NCBI GenBank assembly: GCA_002269645.1
Contig: NIVC01000468.1
Location: 1 to 64,000 of the forward strand
Direction of reading: 5' to 3'
DNA from: Macrostomum lignano
Lineage: Eukaryota
Length of the DNA: 64,000 nucleotides
The notes under the pieces were generated by a model. That model saw nothing but the letters and a program-made list of their open reading frames with translations. It searched no databases and had not been told where the DNA came from. Both the position numbers and the translations under genes were made by a program. Shown here in pieces: positions 59,184 through 64,000 of the stretch. Each line of letters starts with the position of its first letter. Within the stretch, counting starts at the first letter, position 1.

Positions 59184-59860
59184 AATCCTCATTTCTGGTA
59201 CAACACCCTCATTTCTGGTACAATTTCTGGTGCAAAACTCTCATTTCTGGTACAACACCCTCATTTCTGGTACAACACTCTCACTTCTGGTACAACACCC
59301 TCATTTCTGGTACAACACCCTCATTTCTGGTACAATACCCTCATTTCTGGTACAACACCCTCATTTCTGGTACAACACCCTCATTTCTGGTACAACACTC
59401 TCACTTCTGGTACAACACCCTCATTTCTGGTACAACACCCTCATTTCTGGTACAAAACCCTCATTTCTGGTACAACACTCTCACTTCTGGTACAACACCC
59501 TCATTTCTGGTACAACACCCTCATTTCTGGTACAAAACCCTCATTTCTGGTACAACACCCTCATTTCTGGTACAACACCCTCATTTCTGGTACAACACCC
59601 TCATTTCTGGTACAACACCCTCATTTCTGGTACAAAACTCTCATTTCTGGTACAACACCCTCATTTCTGGTACAACACCCTCATTTCTGGTACAACACCC
59701 TCATTTCTGGTACAAAACTCTCATTTCTGGTACAACACCCTCATTTCTGGTACAACACCCTCATTTCTGGTACAACACCCTCATTTCTGGTACAACACCC
59801 TCATTTCTGGTACAGCACTCTCACTTCTGGTACAACACCCTCATTTCTTCAACAACACTC
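59184..59860 (+). repeat. 20-bp minisatellite (TCATTTCTGGTACAACACCC), ~33 copies
   Basis: Period 20. Confidence 0.97.
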
Positions 59861-59924
59861 TCACTATTGCCTCTTATAATAAAAGAGTCACAAATCTACC
59901 CGACAGTCTGAATCCCCTCTGCAG

Positions 59925-60137
59925 ACACATTCGTCAAGCTGACAGTCCAGTCGGCAGAGGGCCGATCCCTATTCAAGTCGCGCACGCCGACTTTCACCTG
60001 CAACCCGAACCCGATGTGGAAGGAGAACTTCGTCTATCCCATCAACAAGTCCCAATTAGCCGGAATCACCCTGAAGGTGGGCGTCTGGGCCAAGAAGGCG
60101 ATGAAACGGCGTCACCTCATCGGATGCTTTGCGCTTG
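59925..60137 (+). CDS. SYT16: Syt14/16-like C2B core (DTFVKLTVQSAEGRSLFKSRT...NPNPMWKENFVY...ITLKVGVWAKKAMKRRHLIGCFAL)
   Basis: C2 motifs DTFVKL and NPxWxExF. CTGCAG|AC acceptor, G|GTAAGC donor; phases match. Confidence 0.93.
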
Positions 60138-60214
60138 GTAAGCCATACACTGCCAAGAAAGCGATGGCATCCAGTCAGCACTTGCTCAGTTAACCAAATC
60201 AACCGAATTGTCAG

Positions 60215-60327
60215 GCCGCGGCGGTCTGGGAGAAGAAGAGAAAAGCCACTGGCAGGACATGACGGAGGCCCGCGGCGAGCAGATCTGTCGCTGGCACCGT
60301 CTGGTGGCCGAGGACAAAAACAGTTAG
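60215..60327 (+). CDS. SYT16: Syt14/16-like final exon (GRGGLGEEEKSHWQDMTEARGEQICRWHRLVAEDKNS*)
   Basis: The EEExxHWxxM...QICRWHxL C-terminus typical of Syt14/16; TCAG|GC acceptor; TAG at 60325-60327. Confidence 0.93.
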
Positions 60328-61576
60328 AGAGACGCAGCTTGGCTGGCAACATCTGCAACTGGGCATATTTTTATGTCAATATTAATGCGATGATAAGCTT
60401 TCGCATTACATTTCTGTACTGGTGTTAAATGACAGTTTTCACCTGTGTCATTCGTGCGTTTTTTTCGCGCATTATTTTACCTGGACAATTCATGGACAGC
60501 TAAAGTACGAAGGAAGGACGCTAAACTCGCAATTTTTGTGATCCTCTTGGAAGGCCGGAAAGGCGTTATAGAGATATACAGTGAACCTCAGACCAACCAG
60601 ATGCTTTGCAACTTTCGAGTTGATTTTCTGAACTTCAGAAGGCTCGAGACACGAGCTATCCTCGATTTAGTGCTGCAAAACTGAAACGTCGCATCTCGAC
60701 AAAATGTTTTCCACGACTGATGAAATTTTCACTAATTTCGAGAGTAGCGTCCCCTCCTGCTGCTCTGCCAACACTACCAGCTCGTATTCAAGGCTGCTTA
60801 AAAGCATTACAGTAATAAATTACCTGAATTATTCACACGCGTACGTTTGAATCGTCAATATTGAATCGGCAATATAATCGTATTTTTTTGTTTTAAATGC
60901 CTTCCCGATTTTTCGAAAAAAAGTTTTGTATTTTATCAGCGAGTTAGATGGAGATGCTTCGATCGAAGATTTCCCAAGGAAATCCGGAAATTTCGGCAAT
61001 TGCCTCCTCCAACTGCGCACCAGCCGTCGCTACGGACGTATACGGATCCGGAAATCGCCGAAAAGTGATAAAACATTTTCGCATTTCATTTTGCGCGCAA
61101 TACGCCATGCCCACGGGAATCAGAGGAGCCAGTTAGAAATTTCCGAATGAGATAAAGCAGTAAACACGCAGGACAAAAGCATTTTTCCAAGTCTTGGCAA
61201 CAGACTAAGTGAATAATATCCCGAGTGTACTTTTAGCTCAAACGCTGGTTGAGCGAATCCAACTCGTTGGGGAAAGTTTTTGCATTATAAAGCTTTTGTA
61301 AAAGGTATAAAAGGCAAATTTACGAAGTAATCTATGGAGTATGAGCAGTAATTCATATCTAAAGCTGAGGAAAAAGTCGTTTTAATTGAGTGAGTTATCG
61401 ATTTTAAACAAAGCCGAGGTCTAGGTAGAGCTCCTGATGAGCTGGTATTGTTAAACATGGCTAAATAAATACATAAATAATAAAATAATTTACAAGTTTA
61501 CTTAAATTAACAAGTAACGCGCATGCTAGTCGTCCGTGGTTCGAATCGATTTACTAACCTTGAAGAAAAAATCTCT

Positions 61577-62737
61577 CTACCGACGCCAGTACCCGCCGCC
61601 CGCGCCGTTGCTGCCTCCGCCCCAGAATGACGGCGGCGCCTGCCTGAGCTGCTGCTGCCGCTGGTACCGCTGGCTGTTGAGCTCCATGACGTTCGCAGCC
61701 GACTGGTGCCGCCGCCGCTGCTGCTGGTGCTGGTGCTGGTAGCTCTGCTCGGCCCGGAGAGATGACGGCGAAGTTGGCAGCAGGAGACGCCGTCTGACTG
61801 CGCCGGGCGTCGACGTGGAGGCCGCAATGGTAGCCGTCCGCCGGCAGGTCGCGGCCAGATGAGGACTCGACGTGAACACGAAGCGGCTGGCGCTGCCCAG
61901 GTCCTGGATGCCCCGGCCGATGGGCCGCATTGTGGTGATCTCCACCTCCTCGTACACCTCCGAAGGTTTGAAGGTTGCCGTCCGCTGCGTGCAGGCGAAC
62001 TCAAACGGCGGCTCCGAGTTGCCGCGCCGGCGACGTCGCGGATCTTCGGCCGCGGCCAGTGAGTCGCTGCTGCCACCGCCGAAGCCGGCCGCGCAGCTGC
62101 GACCGTCGGAGGTGAACAGTCGGCCCCGTCGAATGCTGGCCATGGCCTGGTCCAGGCACCGCTCCAGGTCGCTGAGCCGCGTGTCCAGCCCGCCGCTGTC
62201 CTGCTTCCGGTGCTGCACAACAATTCGCGCCTGACGCTGATGTTGCTGTATCTGCTTCTGTTGCTTCTGCTGCTGCTGCTGCTGCTGCCTCCGCCTGGCT
62301 TCCTGGCGCCGAATGCCAGCCACGCGGACTCGGTCGCGCCAGTCAGTCGGCCCGTGCAGCCGGGCCGCCGAGTCCACGTAGAACAGGCGGTCGGCCCGAT
62401 GCCGGAAACTGACGTCGGTTCGGGCGGCCCAGCCGGCGTCCTCCGGGCGGATGTTGCTGACGGTCAGCTCGCTGCAGTGCACCGTCGTGTTGGCCGCCAT
62501 TGCGCCCCGGCAGCTGGCCATGTCGGAGCTGTCCAGGTCGTCCGTCACGGGGCTGCCCAACGAGGAGGAACGTGAGGTGTCGCCGCGGTCGTTCACGGCG
62601 TCAAGCTGATGCTCCCTGAGGGCGGTGGTCTTTTCTACAGTGCGCACGGGGCCGCCGAGCTGGCGGGCGAGCACAGAGGTGACGGTCCCGCAGCAGGAGG
62701 CCACGTTGCTGTCCTGCTGGCGGTGCCGGGCCTCCAT
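61577..62737 (-). CDS. Uncharacterised 386-aa protein with poly-Q tracts and a short coiled-coil
   Basis: Long non-repetitive GC-rich ORF with the same exon style as the other genes; the CAG runs are in frame. No recognisable domain; the true start and end may be spliced. Confidence 0.6.
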   Translation of the reverse strand: MEARHRQQDSNVASCCGTVTSVLARQLGGPVRTVEKTTALREHQLDAVNDRGDTSRSSSLGSPVTDDLDSSDMASCRGAMAANTTVHCSELTVSNIRPEDAGWAARTDVSFRHRADRLFYVDSAARLHGPTDWRDRVRVAGIRRQEARRRQQQQQQQKQQKQIQQHQRQARIVVQHRKQDSGGLDTRLSDLERCLDQAMASIRRGRLFTSDGRSCAAGFGGGSSDSLAAAEDPRRRRRGNSEPPFEFACTQRTATFKPSEVYEEVEITTMRPIGRGIQDLGSASRFVFTSSPHLAATCRRTATIAASTSTPGAVRRRLLLPTSPSSLRAEQSYQHQHQQQRRRHQSAANVMELNSQRYQRQQQLRQAPPSFWGGGSNGAGGGYWRR

Positions 62738-63424
62738 GCGTCGCGGGGCGAGCCGAATAGCAAAGTGGCTTGGCCGAGCTGCTTACTGCGTGCGCCAGTC
62801 GAAGCAGGAGAGGCTGCGGAGTGGCAGGCAGGACGGGGTTGCCCTGCTGGGCCATGGCTAGATATTGGGCTGCAGCAGCTGTTTGCAACAGCTTTGCTAG
62901 CAAATTCGAACAGCCAACCCGTGCAGCCTCCGCTCGGCCGGAGCCTCTCTTTCCATCCGCCTGTGCCTGCCTTCGTCGATTGCCTCCCGTGCAGCCATCG
63001 CAGGTGAAAGCTAAACGAAAACGGAGAGTTCAGAGGGATCGGCCTCCCTGTCGCTGGCGCCATTCTTGGCCCGAGTTACGCCGCAAAACTGGCGGCTGAA
63101 GTACGGAGGCATAGTACGCCACGCTGCGCTGCCTGTGCGCGAATTCGCACAGCCATCCCTTTCTCTCTCTCTGTCCCCTGTTCCCAAACCCAGGCGGATT
63201 GCAATATCCATGGAGTGATTTTTATGCCCGCCGGGAATCAAGAATAAAGTCCTTAAGCCAGCGGTCCATCGCTAGCACTTTGCGCACCAGAAATGTCTTC
63301 TCCCCCCTCTCCGTTTCGCCCTCCCGGTGGTTCGTTTCGCCATCTAGAAGTAGCGGCAGCAGCGGCCAGTTCGCGGCATAGCAAGCTAGTTGGGAATAAT
63401 CAGGAATTCCACGCTGCAATTTCC

Positions 63425-64000
63425 TCACTTCCCTACTTCCCTACTTCCCTACTTCCCTACTTCCCTACTTCCCTACTTCCCCACTTCCCTACTTCCCTAC
63501 TTCCCTACTTCTCCACTTCCCTACTTCCCTACTTCCCTACTTCCCTACTTCCCCACTTCCCTACTTCCCCACTTCCCTACTTCCCCCACTTCCTTACTTC
63601 CCCACTTCCTTACTTCCCCACTTCCCTACTTCCCTACTTCCCCACTTCCCTATTTTCCTACTTCCCCACTTCCCTACTTCCCCACTTCCTCACTTCCCCA
63701 CTTTCCTATTTCCCTACTTCCCCACTTCCCTATTTTCCTACTTCCCCACTTCCCTACTTCCCCACTTCCCCACTTCCCTACTTCCCCACTTCCCTACTTC
63801 CCCACTTCCCTACTTCCCCACTTCCCTACTTCCCCACTTCCTTACTTCCCCACTTCCCTACTTCCCCACTTCCCTACTTCCCCACTTCCCTACTTTCCCA
63901 CTTCCCTACTTCCCCACTTCCTTACTTCCCCACTTCCCTACTTCCCCACTTCCCTACTTCCCCACTTCCTTACTTCCCCACTTCCCTACTTCCCTACTTC
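63425..64000 (+). repeat. 8-bp C-rich minisatellite (TTCCCTAC/TTCCCCAC)n running off the window end
   Basis: Direct reading of the sequence. Confidence 0.97.

Overview
This is animal (metazoan) genomic DNA, not prokaryotic: spliced GT-AG genes with GC-rich exons sit among dense minisatellites and small transposons. That architecture resembles a Macrostomum-type flatworm genome, but this is inference only. Gene models, with splice phases checked by hand: (1) a 2-exon coiled-coil plus C-terminal RING-H2 protein (minus, 95-1619, ~371 aa); (2) Rab3 in 5 exons (minus, 6050-16500, 210 aa, ending CSC*); (3) an ABCG2-like half transporter in 3 exons (minus, 32485-34922, 645 aa); (4) an RNF13/RNF167-like signal peptide-PA-TM-RING-H2 E3 ligase in 7 exons (plus, 39209-44065, ~435 aa); (5) a synaptotagmin-14/16-like tandem C2 protein (plus, ~51446-60327, 5' structure uncertain); (6) an unrecognised 386-aa poly-Q ORF (minus, 61577-62737). 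Almost all long ORFs in the supplied track are translations of tandem repeats. Accessory DNA holds a decayed Crypton-like (DUF3504/tyrosine-recombinase) coding relic at ~30.7-31.5 kb, a Tc1 derivative with a nested MITE, a mariner-like element carrying both a tRNA-CORE SINE and a hAT-like MITE, several MITEs with target-site duplications, and an RTE 3' fragment. There is also a mosaic of CpG-free and CpG-normal blocks. No CRISPR array, rRNA or bona fide tRNA gene was found, and I cannot support a wholly new biological system. The most unusual items are the Crypton relic, the splice-site-abutting minisatellites and the localised CpG decay.
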